Below, one piece after another: positions 1-11,045 of a stretch of 64,000 nt of DNA. Below the pieces are notes generated by a model. That model made no database searches. It was not told the DNA's origin and worked only from the letters and a program-made list of their open reading frames with translations. The first letter of the stretch is position 1, and each line of letters opens with the position of its first letter. A program made the translations under genes and the position numbers. Source of the stretch: Octopus vulgaris (lineage: Eukaryota); the NCBI GenBank assembly GCA_951406725.2, contig OX597820.1, positions 14,508,001 through 14,572,000 on the forward strand, read 5' to 3'.

Positions 1-24
1 TCCCTTGTTTCTCTCTTTTTTTTT

Positions 25-162
25 TTCATTATTAAAGCTGGTGTTTAGAACAAAAATTGGCATGAAATTTCAATGGAAGGTCTTAATTCAGATCCTTTTG
101 AAACAAGGAGTCTGAATCATAGAACTAGAGGCGATCTCAGAAAGGTTGGTATCAGAAGGGTT
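25..162 (-). mobile_element. Partial, diverged piggyBac-type MITE (family E-related)
   Basis: Aligns by eye to the reverse strand of MITE E (cattattaaagctggtgtt...ggttggtatcagaagggtt); ends in an AAGGGTT terminus. Confidence 0.5.
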
Positions 163-937
163 GATAGGTTGTCCGGTTGCTTCTCTCAAAGTCTCTCGTT
201 TTATTCTTTCACCGATTCTATTTTTGCTGCGAGCAAATTTAAAAGCAATGGAATTTTTATCTCTTCAACAATATGCAATGCCATCTTCAGCCACTACTTG
301 TATCAATTCAGACTCAACCAGCTGCTGTGTCTCCCAGACAAATAGAAATAAATCCATTTTACCATTTTCATCTGGCTTCATAAAACTTAGGGTATCTTTT
401 GAAAACTGATAATATATGAATGGCCCCTGCAGAATTCTCATTTAGCACAGAGGGGTTATTTCTTATTATTAAGGGCTTGCGTTGGTTTTATAGTACCTTG
501 TCAAGTGTGAAAACTATTGTGATGTGTAATTTCAGGGAGTGAATATTCTAACTGTAGATGTGTTTCACACTTCAGAAGTTGTTGAATAACAAAGTTGTAT
601 GGATGATAAATGGGAAAATTGTTCTACTACAGGCCAGTACACGTAAGCATATGGAACCACCATGGTCTCGTATAATTTTACTGTTAGGAAATTATAGAAT
701 ATCTAATGCAACATGTGTGCATGGGGGTGAGGGATGGATGTGTGTCTGTCACTGTAGCAACCAGACTGGATATTGTTATACACTGTTGGTCACAATGTGC
801 TTCTTTGTATTGGTGTACCATTTCGAATGATGTCAGGCCTCACTGACTAAGCAGCTGGGTGTATGTATGTATGTATGTATGTGTGTGTGTGTATGTAAGC
901 CGACTCAAGAAATCTCTAATGAGACTTGATATTTTTT

Positions 938-987
938 GTACCTGAAGAGTCCCAGAACGGGTGGAAACGTGTGTTGTACCCAATAAA
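938..987 (+). ncRNA. Decayed minimal type I hammerhead-like motif followed by AATAAA
   Basis: GTAC-CTGAAGA(942-948)-gtCCC agaac GGGtg-GAAAC(964-968)-gtgt-GTT-GTAC, then AATAAA at 982-987. The base of stem II is mismatched. Confidence 0.4.
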
Positions 988-1149
988 GTCTATTACACAT
1001 TCCCCTCTCCTATTTTATTAATACTGCTACCCCAACTGCCACTACGAAGTTCCTGCAGTGAATCTATGGATAACAGCTGGTAATCAAAACTGTGCAGGTG
1101 GTAACTTATAAGAATATCTGAATGTGTGTGTGTGTGTGTACCGCTATGT

Positions 1150-1325
1150 TTTGACACGTGATGGCTGTAAACAAAGCATCACAGTCATGCAAGCAGTGTC
1201 GTCAATTTTCAATCTTCCATGAAAACATGTCCAGTCATGAGGAAGTATTATGAGGGTTGGCAACTGGAAGAGCATCCAGCTGCACAAAATTTGCACTAAT
1301 TAACATTATGCGAGCATGGAACCAT
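1150..1325 (+). mobile_element. SINE 3' module (family J), diverged
   Basis: gtgatggctgtaaac...aaaacatgtc...gagggttggc..ggaagagcatccagc; related copies at about 30900-31165, 42345-42585 and 60190-60420. Confidence 0.6.
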
Positions 1326-2163
1326 CAGTGTTTCGGAATTTAAAAAAAACGGTAAATTACTGATACCATTTTTTTTATCTGAATTTGATTCCAATGCACA
1401 CATGTGTGTGTGTGTCTGTGTGTGGCTATCAATCTATGAAAGTTGCTCTGTGATACTAGTGAAGCTAAGTTCTGTGTCTATACATTATAATAACCAATTA
1501 TCTATTCTGTATGTCTGAAAAGTACTACATTAGAAGTCTTTTAAGATTAAACTTAAAACTTTAGTTCCTAACTTAGTATTCCCGTATAAAACAGGTTTTT
1601 ACTTCAGTATAATGACATGAATTTATAATACTCCTATATTGTTTTTTTAGAAAAAAAAAACCCAAAGAAAAACTATAATTATTTTAGTTTTGAAGTTTAG
1701 TGTATGTGTGTGTGTGAAGATGTGATTTTGAGAGATTGTTAGGAACAGAATAGTGTCGATGATGAAATATAGCACCTGAAGATGGTTGGAGAAAAGACCA
1801 ATTAAATACAGTATAAATCTTAAACATGAGAGTAGATGATTTTAATAGCCTAATAATTCATACTATTTTAACAGATTTATGCTCTATTGTTGTTGTTTTT
1901 TAGACTAATGAAGTAGTCCTCTGGTTTTTCACAAATGGTGATTAATGAGAAGATAACCCAAGAAAAAAAAAGCTATTTTGGTTAAGATTTTGTACAAGAT
2001 TTCACATTCTAAGAATCCTAATTGGAATGTGTTTGACTGAAGTGTTATAAATATTGCTGTTAAGTGACTGGGTGGATAAGGAAACCAAGACCATGGGTCC
2101 CAAGTTCAGTTCTTATTGTGTCTTATCTTTTGGTGATTTTCTGAATTCCTCTTCATTGATATA

Positions 2164-2795
2164 AGTGCAGGAATGGTTGTGTGGCAGGAAGTTTGCTTCC
2201 CCTGGTTTTGGGTTCAGTCCCACTGCATGGCACCTTGGGCAAATGTCTCTGAGCTGAACAAAGCCTTGTGAGTGTATTTCATAGATGGAATCTGGAAGAA
2301 GCCCATTGCATATATATATATATATATATAAATAAATATACACAAAGAGGAGACCATTGACAGGATTCCTTACATGCTAAAAAGGCCAGTTAAAACCCAA
2401 ACTAGCCTTTTTAGCATGTAAGGAGTCCTATCTTTGTGTATAAAAATATTTTACACATTCTTATATTTTTAAAAATATATTGTCTTATGACTTGTATTTA
2501 TACATGCTAAACACTGGTAATAAATCATGTTAATTTATTACCCTCATATTTATGATATAAGATATATGTATATATCCATGTGTGTGTGTCTGTTTGTCTC
2601 CTCCCCCCATCATCACTTGAGATGTGATGTTAATGTGTTTACGTCCATGTAACTTAGCGGTTTGGTAAAAGAGATTGATAGAATAAGTACTAGGCTTACA
2701 AAGAATAACTCCTGGGGTGGATTTCTTTGACTAAAACCGTTTAGGCGGTGCTCCAGCATGGCCACAGTCAAACGACCGAAACAACTAAAGGAATA
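2164..2795 (+). mobile_element. tRNA-derived SINE family B (CORE-like), interrupted in its central microsatellite
   Basis: A/B-box-like head (tggttgtgtggc...gggttcagtccc), CORE-like accttgggcaaatgtc, central (TA)n/(TG)n, tail ggtgctccagcatggccacagtcaa. Confidence 0.8.
2337..2442. repeat. Long inverted repeat (fold-back hairpin)
   Basis: 30-bp arms 2362-2391 and 2400-2429 with 2 non-Watson-Crick positions and an 8-nt loop; outer perfect 12-bp arms 2337-2348 and 2431-2442. Confidence 0.9.
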
Positions 2796-3261
2796 AATAA
2801 ACAAAACTAAATGTTAACAATATTTGGAGATTTACACATGCATAATACACATACCGCATATGGCTTGGACATGTTTTCCCCACTTGTGTATAAAAATCCT
2901 TTTAGTGTGCCATCTTCACTCGAAACGCTGTTTCCTTTTGTTGACTTAGATGTCTTTGATAACTTCGTTACTCTGTCATAAGCTGACACCTTCCGGATAA
3001 CAAATGTTAAATCATTAAGTTGGTATTGAACCTGGTTTTCATTATAACAGCAGCAAGATTTTTTTTTTGCTTCTTAAAAGTCATGTCCTGTTGACACTGA
3101 CACTTCAATATTATTTGCCAGTCACCATCTGTTCACCAGACCTTTTCCATTTTTTTACCATATGGGCAAAGAACCAGAAATGGGAGGCTTTATATAAATT
3201 GCTCGGCCTACTAGAAATAGCAGTTGAATCTCGCTTTAAATCATACCCTACTGTCTGAAAA

Positions 3262-3620
3262 TGAAGGCACATGGCTCAGTGGTTAGAGCATTGGGCTTAC
3301 AATTATGAGGTAGTGAGTTCAATTCCCAGTCTGGGCTGTGTGTTGTGTTCTTGAGCAAGACACTTTATTTCATGTTGCTCCCGGTCACTCAGCTGTAGAA
3401 ATAAGTTGGGATGTCACTGGGGCCAAGCTGTATCGGCCCCTTTGCCTTTCCCTTGGATAACATCAGGAGCATGGAGAGGGGAGGCTGGTATCCATGGGTG
3501 CCTGCTGGTCTTCCATAAACAACCTTGCTTGGACTTGTGCCTTGAAGGGGAACTTTCTTGTCGCAGTCCCATACCCATTCATGACCGATGGTCAGTCATT
3601 ACCGAAAGGGGTCTTTATCC
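3262..3620 (+). mobile_element. tRNA-derived SINE family C
   Basis: Head gaaggcacatggctcagtggttagagc (A box) ... gagttcaattccc (B box), then gtgttcttgagcaagacacttt; flanked by a short tactgtct duplication. Confidence 0.85.
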
Positions 3621-4074
3621 TTTTTTACTGTCTTAAATAATTAAAAAAAAAACAAAATATGAAAAACATTTTGGATAATGTAGTCCTAGATACACACTGT
3701 CTTAAAATATAATGGGATGGTCATGGCTAGAGTGCTTTTGATCAAAGATTTGCTTGTTCAAGTCTAATGTGGAGCTAAACAACAAACATCATGTGAGTGA
3801 AATTGTCTAAATCAGAAAATAAAATAGAATTTTGGGTTTTATTTATTGTTTTTATTTTTTGACTATATGATTAAGAAGCTTACTTTGTAACCACATGGTT
3901 CCAGGTTCAATCCCACTGGACAACTGCCTTGTATTATAGCCCTTGGTTTATGTGAATGAATTTAGTTGACAAACTGCATGGGAGCCTGTCGATGTATGTC
4001 CCCTGCCACTGCTTGACAAGTGGTTTGGCAGAAGAGACAGAATTACCTTTTGTTGCAGTTAATTTGAAAATATT

Positions 4075-4495
4075 TTCTACTCTAGGCACAAGGCCCGAAA
4101 TTTTTGGGGAGGACACCAGTTGATTAGATTGACCCTCAATACACAACTGGTACGTAATTTATCAACCCCGAAAGGATGAAAGGCAAAGTCAACTTTGACA
4201 GAATTTGAATTCAGAACGTAAAGACAGATGAAATATCACTAAGCATTTCACTCAGTGTGCTAATGTTTCTGCCAGCTCGCCGCCTTAAGATAATCTTTTG
4301 TACTCTAGGTACAAGGCCTGAAATGGTGGGGGCAGTCGATTAGATATGCAACTGGTACTTAAATTTATTGACCCTGAAAGGATGAAAGGCCAAGTCAACC
4401 TCAACGGAATTTGAACTCAGAATGTAAAGTCGAAAAAAAAAAAACCGCTAAGTGTTTTGCCCAGTATGCTAACATTTCTGCCAGCTTGGCACCTT
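4075..4495 (-). mobile_element. Head-to-tail dimer of SINE family A inside one 18-bp target-site duplication (TSD)
   Basis: Two copies (about 4075-4288 and 4295-4495); agttaatttgaaaatatt (4057-4074) and agttaattttaaaatatt (4496-4513). Confidence 0.85.
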
Positions 4496-4873
4496 AGTTA
4501 ATTTTAAAATATTGAAGAACTTAGTAAAATTACTTTGTTATTATTAATCCCAATTTTACTGCAGAAGTCAGATGTATCTACTCAAAATTCCATTAATTAA
4601 CTGTGGAAAGCAGTTTTATATACCAGTATATCTTTTGATGAGGAATGTCATGTTTGAAGCTATCTTCTGTTGAGACACCTCAAGTTCACTGACACAAAGT
4701 GACTTGAAGAATGCACCAATTCTGGGTTTTTTTTTTTTGTTTTTGGTAGATATTTAACATCATTACTGGAATAACCATGAAATTTAATTTTGCAGTTGAA
4801 AGGTTAAGCTGGTGTTTGGTGCATAAATCAAGATGAAATTATGATGGGAAGTTTTTAATTTAGATAACTTTAA

Positions 4874-5096
4874 TCCTTTCATTACTGTATTTGTTTTGAG
4901 ATGCTCTGTGTTACTTTCAATTAATTTTAAATATAACAAAGAATTTAGTAAAATAAACTTAGTTATCATTAAGCTGGTGTTAGGAATATAAATTGTGACT
5001 AAGGTTTGATGGAAGATTTTAATTCTGAACTTAGGAAAACGAGACATTTGTATTACAGAGCCAGAGGCTGTTTCAGCTGGGTTGGTATCAAAAAGG
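4874..5096 (-). mobile_element. piggyBac-type MITE family E
   Basis: TTAA at 4870-4873 and 5097-5100, degenerate CCCTTT/AAAGGG termini, body matches 23775-23994. Confidence 0.8.
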
Positions 5097-5266
5097 TTAA
5101 ATATGATATATTTCATTTATGCCTCTTAAAGTTTCTAAATTCTTATGAGATAAACAATACACACACACACTCACGTATATATGTATGTATAAGTTTGGTA
5201 ATTCAAACAGGAAAACAGAACTCAAAACTTGAGTATATATAGTTTTTTTTTTATAATTAATAATTG

Positions 5267-5365
5267 GCAAAAGTTACAGAGTGACTCAAGGACTGAGAGT
5301 TTCATGCGTTTGGTAAGTACCAACACATGAAACTCTCAGCCCATGAGTCACTCTGTAGCTTCTGC
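5267..5365. repeat. About 100-bp near-perfect palindrome
   Basis: gcaaaagttacagagtgactcaaggactgagagtttcatgcgtttggta versus the reverse complement of taccaacacatgaaactctcagcccatgagtcactctgtagcttctgc; 2-nt centre. Confidence 0.9.
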
Positions 5366-5579
5366 TGGTTATTTATTGATAAAATACACACGCACACACA
5401 CACACACACACACACAATTATATTACCATCGTCATTTAATGATAGACTTACATACAAATTCTACCCCAACGGCCCAGATCCAGCAAAGTTATGAACAAGG
5501 AGTTCAAATCATAACCACCCCCTCCCCATTTGGTTCCTCTCTGGGTACAGCACATACACCTGGTACCACATTATGAAAC

Positions 5580-5954
5580 ACTAGCAGTATCGCCCGGCGT
5601 TGCTTGGGTTTGTAAGGGAAATAACTATATAAGCATTTTTAGAGATGTAAAGTATAATGGGGGTGTTACTGTAACTTTTTACGTTCTGAGATTTAATAAT
5701 ACATTTTTAGAGAGTTACTTCCCTTATATAATAGCAAAAAAATGCATTAAAAATGGGAAAAAATGATGGTAAATTTTTTTAAAATTGTAGACTCATCGTA
5801 GACGCGCGCTAATACCCAGAAGGGCTCTATATGAATCACGACTATAAGATACCCGCTTTTGGTTAAACTGCACCGCAAAATGTGGGAGTAGTTAGGAATC
5901 TAAATCATAGGAGACAGACACTCACACAACTTCACTTTTATATATATAGAAGAT
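5580..5954 (+). mobile_element. Non-autonomous Helentron-associated-like element (HINE/DINE-1/Lep1 architecture)
   Basis: Starts actagcagtatcgcccggcgttgcttggg (terminal hairpin), has a short gacagacactcacaca microsatellite near the other end, ends ttttatatatatagaagat; no TSD. Confidence 0.65.
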
Positions 5955-6521
5955 ATCCTTCTCAATTAGGATATGACTAAAGAGAAATATCACTTCTACT
6001 CAATCAAAACTGGCAGCTATTGAACAAAAACTTGTATATAGTTGCTAGAAAGAGAAGGCAGATGTGAAGCAATAGAAATCTGGCTGCTATTTCTGGCATA
6101 TTGAACAACTCCTTAGAAGTCCATCCCAGCCACTCACTGACTCAAATGTAACAGGACAGTGTAAACTCAAAACCACACATCACCCTGGTGTGTGTGTGTG
6201 TTTGTGTGTATGCGCGTATACGCAACTTGGTTCTAATTGTCTGTCGTAGACAGTTTCTTTTGTAGCCTCTAATGTTCTTTGAAACATCAAACAATCTTAT
6301 TTACCATCTCCAATAAATCTAAGGTCTTTTATTTACAATGGAGCATTATTAACCTTCACAGCAAGACTTTGTGTGTCTTATATATAATATACTGTCATGA
6401 GCTGTGTGTGTGTGTGTGTGCGTGTGTGTGTGTGGGAATATAATTCAAATGATGTTTGACAAATCATTGCTATTTCCAAAGATTCTCAAGTATGTGTTCT
6501 TTTATTCTGTTATTCCTTTAA

Positions 6522-6742
6522 CCCTTCGGTATTCAGATTACTCTCTCAAATATAATGCTTATTAATTCACATTGCTTTGAACTAATCATGCATTATCTTT
6601 GTAGTTTTGAGATTTTGATGAGGTAACTGTTTATTTTTAGTATTACCCTGCAAGGTTGGAGTGAGATGCAGGACCTGGCCAGTTTGAATATAAAACAGGT
6701 AGAATATTTGGGGATAGATATGGCCTGCATAAATGCTAAAGG
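6522..6742 (+). mobile_element. piggyBac-type MITE family F
   Basis: TTAA-CCCTT start; body matches 47297-47519; right end decayed. A reversed copy lies at about 49385-49592. Confidence 0.7.
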
Positions 6743-6877
6743 ACCAACCCTTTTTTGATGCTAACCTGCCTGAAACAGCTTCTGGCTTTTCTTTAAAGGC
6801 TTGATTAGAGTATGGTTTTAATACAAGAAACAGAACTTAATCCTTAGTAGAATAGTGTTTAAAATTAGTTCCAGTTA

Positions 6878-7543
6878 AGGCAGCAAGCTGGCAGAATCGT
6901 TAGCATGCTGGATGAAATGCTTAGCAGTATTTCGCCTGTCGCTACATTCCGAGTTCAAATTCCACCGAGGTCAAATTTACATTTCATTCTTTGAGGATCG
7001 ATAAATTAAGCACCAGTCAAACACTGAGATTGATGTAATCGACTAGTCCCCTCTCCCCAAATTTCAGGCCTTGTGCCTTTAGTAGAAAGGATTATTAGTT
7101 TCAGTTAAGGCAACAAGGAGCCAGAATCGTAAGCACATTGAGCTAAATGATTGGCAGTATTTCGCCCCTCTTTGCATTGAGTTCATATGCCATTGAGGTT
7201 AATTTTGTCTTTCATCCTCTCAGGGTCGATGAAATAAGTACCAGTTAAGCACTGGGGTTGATGTAATCATATTACCCCCAACCCCAAAATTGCTGGCCTA
7301 GTACCAAAATTTGAAGTCATTATTAGTTTCAGTTAAGGTGCTGAGCTAGCAGAATCATTAGCACACCAGGTGAAATACATTTCATTTGTCTTTGCATTCC
7401 GAGTTCAAATCCCACCAAGGTCAACTTTGTCTTTCATCCATTTGGGTCAGTAAAGTACCAGTTGAATATTGGGGGGTCAATGTAACTGAGTTACCCCCTC
7501 CCCCCAAATTGCTGGTTTCATGCCTATAGATGAAAAGATTATT
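6878..7543 (+). mobile_element. Three head-to-tail SINE family A copies
   Basis: About 6878-7095, 7107-7323 and 7336-7543, each preceded by ttagtt(t/c)cagtt; B-box-like gagttcaaat(t/c)cc and central cttt catcc...gtaccagt block. Confidence 0.85.
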
Positions 7544-7685
7544 ATTTCAGTGATTATTATTTCAGAGCCTTTAACTTAATTTGCTGCTCAACTGCTCAGT
7601 AAATGAGACAGAAACAATTGATCACTTTTGATACTCACCTGCCAGAAACTGCCCCGGGTTCCAAAATATAAACTTTTTGTTTTAA

Positions 7686-7901
7686 CTCTTTCAGTACCAA
7701 CCAGGCTGAAACCACCTCTAGCTCTGTAGTATAAATGTCTTGTTTTCATAAGTTCTAAATTAAAATCTTCCACCAAACCTTAGTCACAATTTATGTTCCT
7801 AGCTTAATGATAACTAAGTTAATTTACTAAATTCTTTGTTATATTTAAAATTAATTGAAAGAAACTTAGAGCATCTCAACAGAAATATGGTAACAAAAGG
7901 G
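7686..7901 (+). mobile_element. piggyBac-type MITE family E, followed by a linker and the start of a second copy
   Basis: TTAA at 7682-7685, ends aacaaaaggg; then aatatataatagagaaacaattc-TTAA-cccttttgatacc. Confidence 0.8.
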
Positions 7902-7943
7902 CTAAAATATATAATAGAGAAACAATTCTTAACCCTTTTGATA

Positions 7944-8208
7944 CCGCTAAGTTATGGGGATGTAAACACACCACCATCAGTTGTCAAGCGATGGGGGGGG
8001 GGGACAAACACAAACACATACACACACATACATACATATATATACGACAGGCTTCTTTCAGTTTCCCTCTACCAAATCCACTCACAAGGCTTTTGGCAGC
8101 CCGAGGCTACAGTAGAAGACACTTGCTTAAGGTGCCATGCAATGGAACTGAACCCGGAACTATGTGGTTGGTAAGCAAGTTACTTACCGCACAGCCACTC
8201 CTGCTCCT
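7944..8208 (-). mobile_element. SINE family B, tail missing
   Basis: Reverse complement of the family B head and central microsatellite. Confidence 0.8.
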
Positions 8209-9769
8209 AATGAAATTTTTCTTAGAATATTTGGAAAATAATATATTACACACACACACACACACACCGACAACAACAAAATAGCAAAAATAGTACTAAA
8301 AATATGGAGAAACAAAATTGCAACAAAATTTTTTAAAATATCTTATATATTGCTAAACAGACTCCTCAATCACCAGGATTTTTTAATCTATCAAAATGCT
8401 GGCAGAACCATTAAGCACAGTGGACAAAATGCTTTTCAACATTTCACCATTCTGAGTTAGACTGGCTTTACCTTTTATCCTTTCAGGGTTGATAGAATAA
8501 ATACCAGTGGGGTCAATGTAATTAACTGACCCCTTGACCCTATAGTAGAAAGTTTTATTTATAAGCTTAACCGACATCGAGTTTCTCTATTAACCCTTTT
8601 GTTACAGTATTTAGTTTGAGATGCTCTGTGTTTCTTTCGATAGAATAAGTACTAGGCTCCCAAAGAATAAGTCCTGGGGTCGATTTGTTCAACTAAAAGG
8701 TGGTGCTCCAGCATGGCCGCAGTCAAATGACTGAAACTAGTAAAAGAGTATCAAAAGAGGAGAGAATATTCATTAAAGATGGCACGATATAATGGTATAA
8801 TCCCATTCCAATGTAATGGTAATCCTATTTGTTTGGATTTACCTGCTTCAACTAGCTGGGGTAATCCAGGCGGCTGACAGTAAGGATTGCTGGAGAGTAG
8901 AATAGCTATCCTGGAATCCCTGAGCCATGGCAGTCCATGGGGTGGGAGTGGGGTAAAGTTTCAGGGGTTAAAGTGAGCAGGTTAATGAATGAATGAATGG
9001 ATGCAGTAGGGAATTGGATAAAAGGTGTAATGTGAGGTGGAAATGTGAAGAGGGAAAGAGAGCGAGGTGAAACAAATGAGAAAGAGAGGGATGGATGCTC
9101 CACGGACTTCAGTCGTGGATCAGTCAGTTTATATTAATTAAAGCCAAAGATAATTAACTAAGCAAAACCGTTAATAAGCTGTTTCAGCCATCTTCGTTTA
9201 TGTTTTATTCGAAGCATTCTATCCAAAGACAACATAATGCAATATTTTTCTTCTTCTTTTTGCGATGCTATAGCGAGAATTGGCTGTTGTTTTTAGCAGC
9301 CCGACTGACCACATTAACACTTCCCCTCCCCCTCATGGTGTGTGTCTATAAGATTGCGCATATATATTTTCCGTATAAAAAGTAAACGAGGCAAAACATT
9401 TGCATGCACATGATGCGTGTATATATATATATGTAGGTACATATATATATATATATACATACATATATTCATATGCATATAGGCATATGCAAAGCATATC
9501 TATATTTCCCGCCTCTCCTTCCCCTCTTCCTCCTCCACCTCTATCGTGGTTTTTTTCTTTTTCTTTTTTGTTTTTTTGTTTTTGTTTTTTAGTCTAGTGT
9601 ATTTTATACTCGCTTCTATTATCTTTATTTGGCCTCCAACCAATGTAAACAGATTCCAGATAGCTGTGAACAACAATATACTACATCTGTTACTCATTTT
9701 CTGGCAGCTATCTGACTAGGCTCCAGGGAATCTTGATCTTTTGCCAGTCAGGCTTTCAGTTCAGACCTT

Positions 9770-11045
9770 CTCTTTCTCTCTCTCTCCCTCTCTTTCTCCT
9801 TCTCCCCCCCTCTCTCTCTCTGTCTCCTTCTCACTCATTTGCTAACACAAATACTCACTCGCACACATGCGTATCTCTCTCTCTCTCTCTCTGATACACA
9901 TGTACTTTCGCTTTCTTTTTACTCCTCATTTTTCATCTACGCTCACACGCATACGCACACACACACGCACGCACGCGCACGTTTACTTTCTCTTCTCCTT
10001 CTTCGCACTCTCTCTGATTCTCTCTTTCTTTCTAAGCTCACACCCATTCACACACTCACGCGTATCTCTTCTCCTTTCTCTGTTTCTCTCCCTATTTTTT
10101 TCACTATATGCACACGCACGCACACACGCATACACTCGCATACACACACACACACACGCACACACACACACTCGCACACACACAGGGTTCCCTCTCTCCC
10201 TCCACACACATATTCTCATACACGTTCGCCCCATCTCTACATACACATGCAAACAAAATTTTGTTTTAATCAATCGCCTCTCTCTCTCTTCCCCCCTCTC
10301 TTCCTTTTTCGTTTTATAACCTTTTCCTTTAATTCTCCACCTTTTTTCTTGTTTTTTCATTGTTCTTTTTCCTTATTCATCATCTTGTCTTAATTTTCCT
10401 TTTCTCATCTGCGCCACCCACTCCCCCCTCTCTCAGTTTTTCTTCAAGTTTTTCCTTTTTCAATATATCTTAATTTTCTTTTATTTCCAACTCTCTCTCT
10501 TTCTCTTGCATTGTCTCTTACTCTCTCTTTCTTTCTCTCTCTAAAATAGATATGCTTCTCAATTTAGATATCTTTATACTCTGCCGTAGCTGATGATGAT
10601 GATGATGATGAGGCTGAAAATATATCTGTATTCAAGGTTATGGATACTTCCTTTCTTAGTACTGTGAACATTGTTGGGTCTGTGTAATTGCTATTACAAT
10701 TAGAGAGGGGGAGTGAGAGAGTTAATTAATAGATAGAGACTAAGGTAGGAAGACGGAGAGAGAGTTACATGAATAGAGTGAGGAACGAAGGGAAGGGGGG
10801 TAGAGGGAGAGAGAGAGAGAGAGAGAGAGAAATGAGTGAGGCACGAAGGGGAGGAAGGTAGAGTGAGAGAGAAATGAGTGAGGAACGAAGGGGAGGGAGG
10901 TAGAGACAGAGAGAGAAATGAGAGAAGGAAAGAGAGAGACTTACATGATTAGTGAAGGAGGAGGGGAGAAATAAAGAGAAAGTTACATAGACAGAGAGTG
11001 AAAGAGAGAGAGAGGAACGAAGGGAGGTGTAGTGGGGGGGGGGGC
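9770..11045. repeat. CT/CA-rich tract followed by an opposite-polarity GA-rich tract
   Basis: Pyrimidine-rich 9770-10540, purine-rich 10700-11045. Confidence 0.85.

Noticed and set aside
170-830. Possible exons near the window start
   Set aside because: The candidate 536-642 exon has stops in all three frames; the other frames match nothing I recognise.
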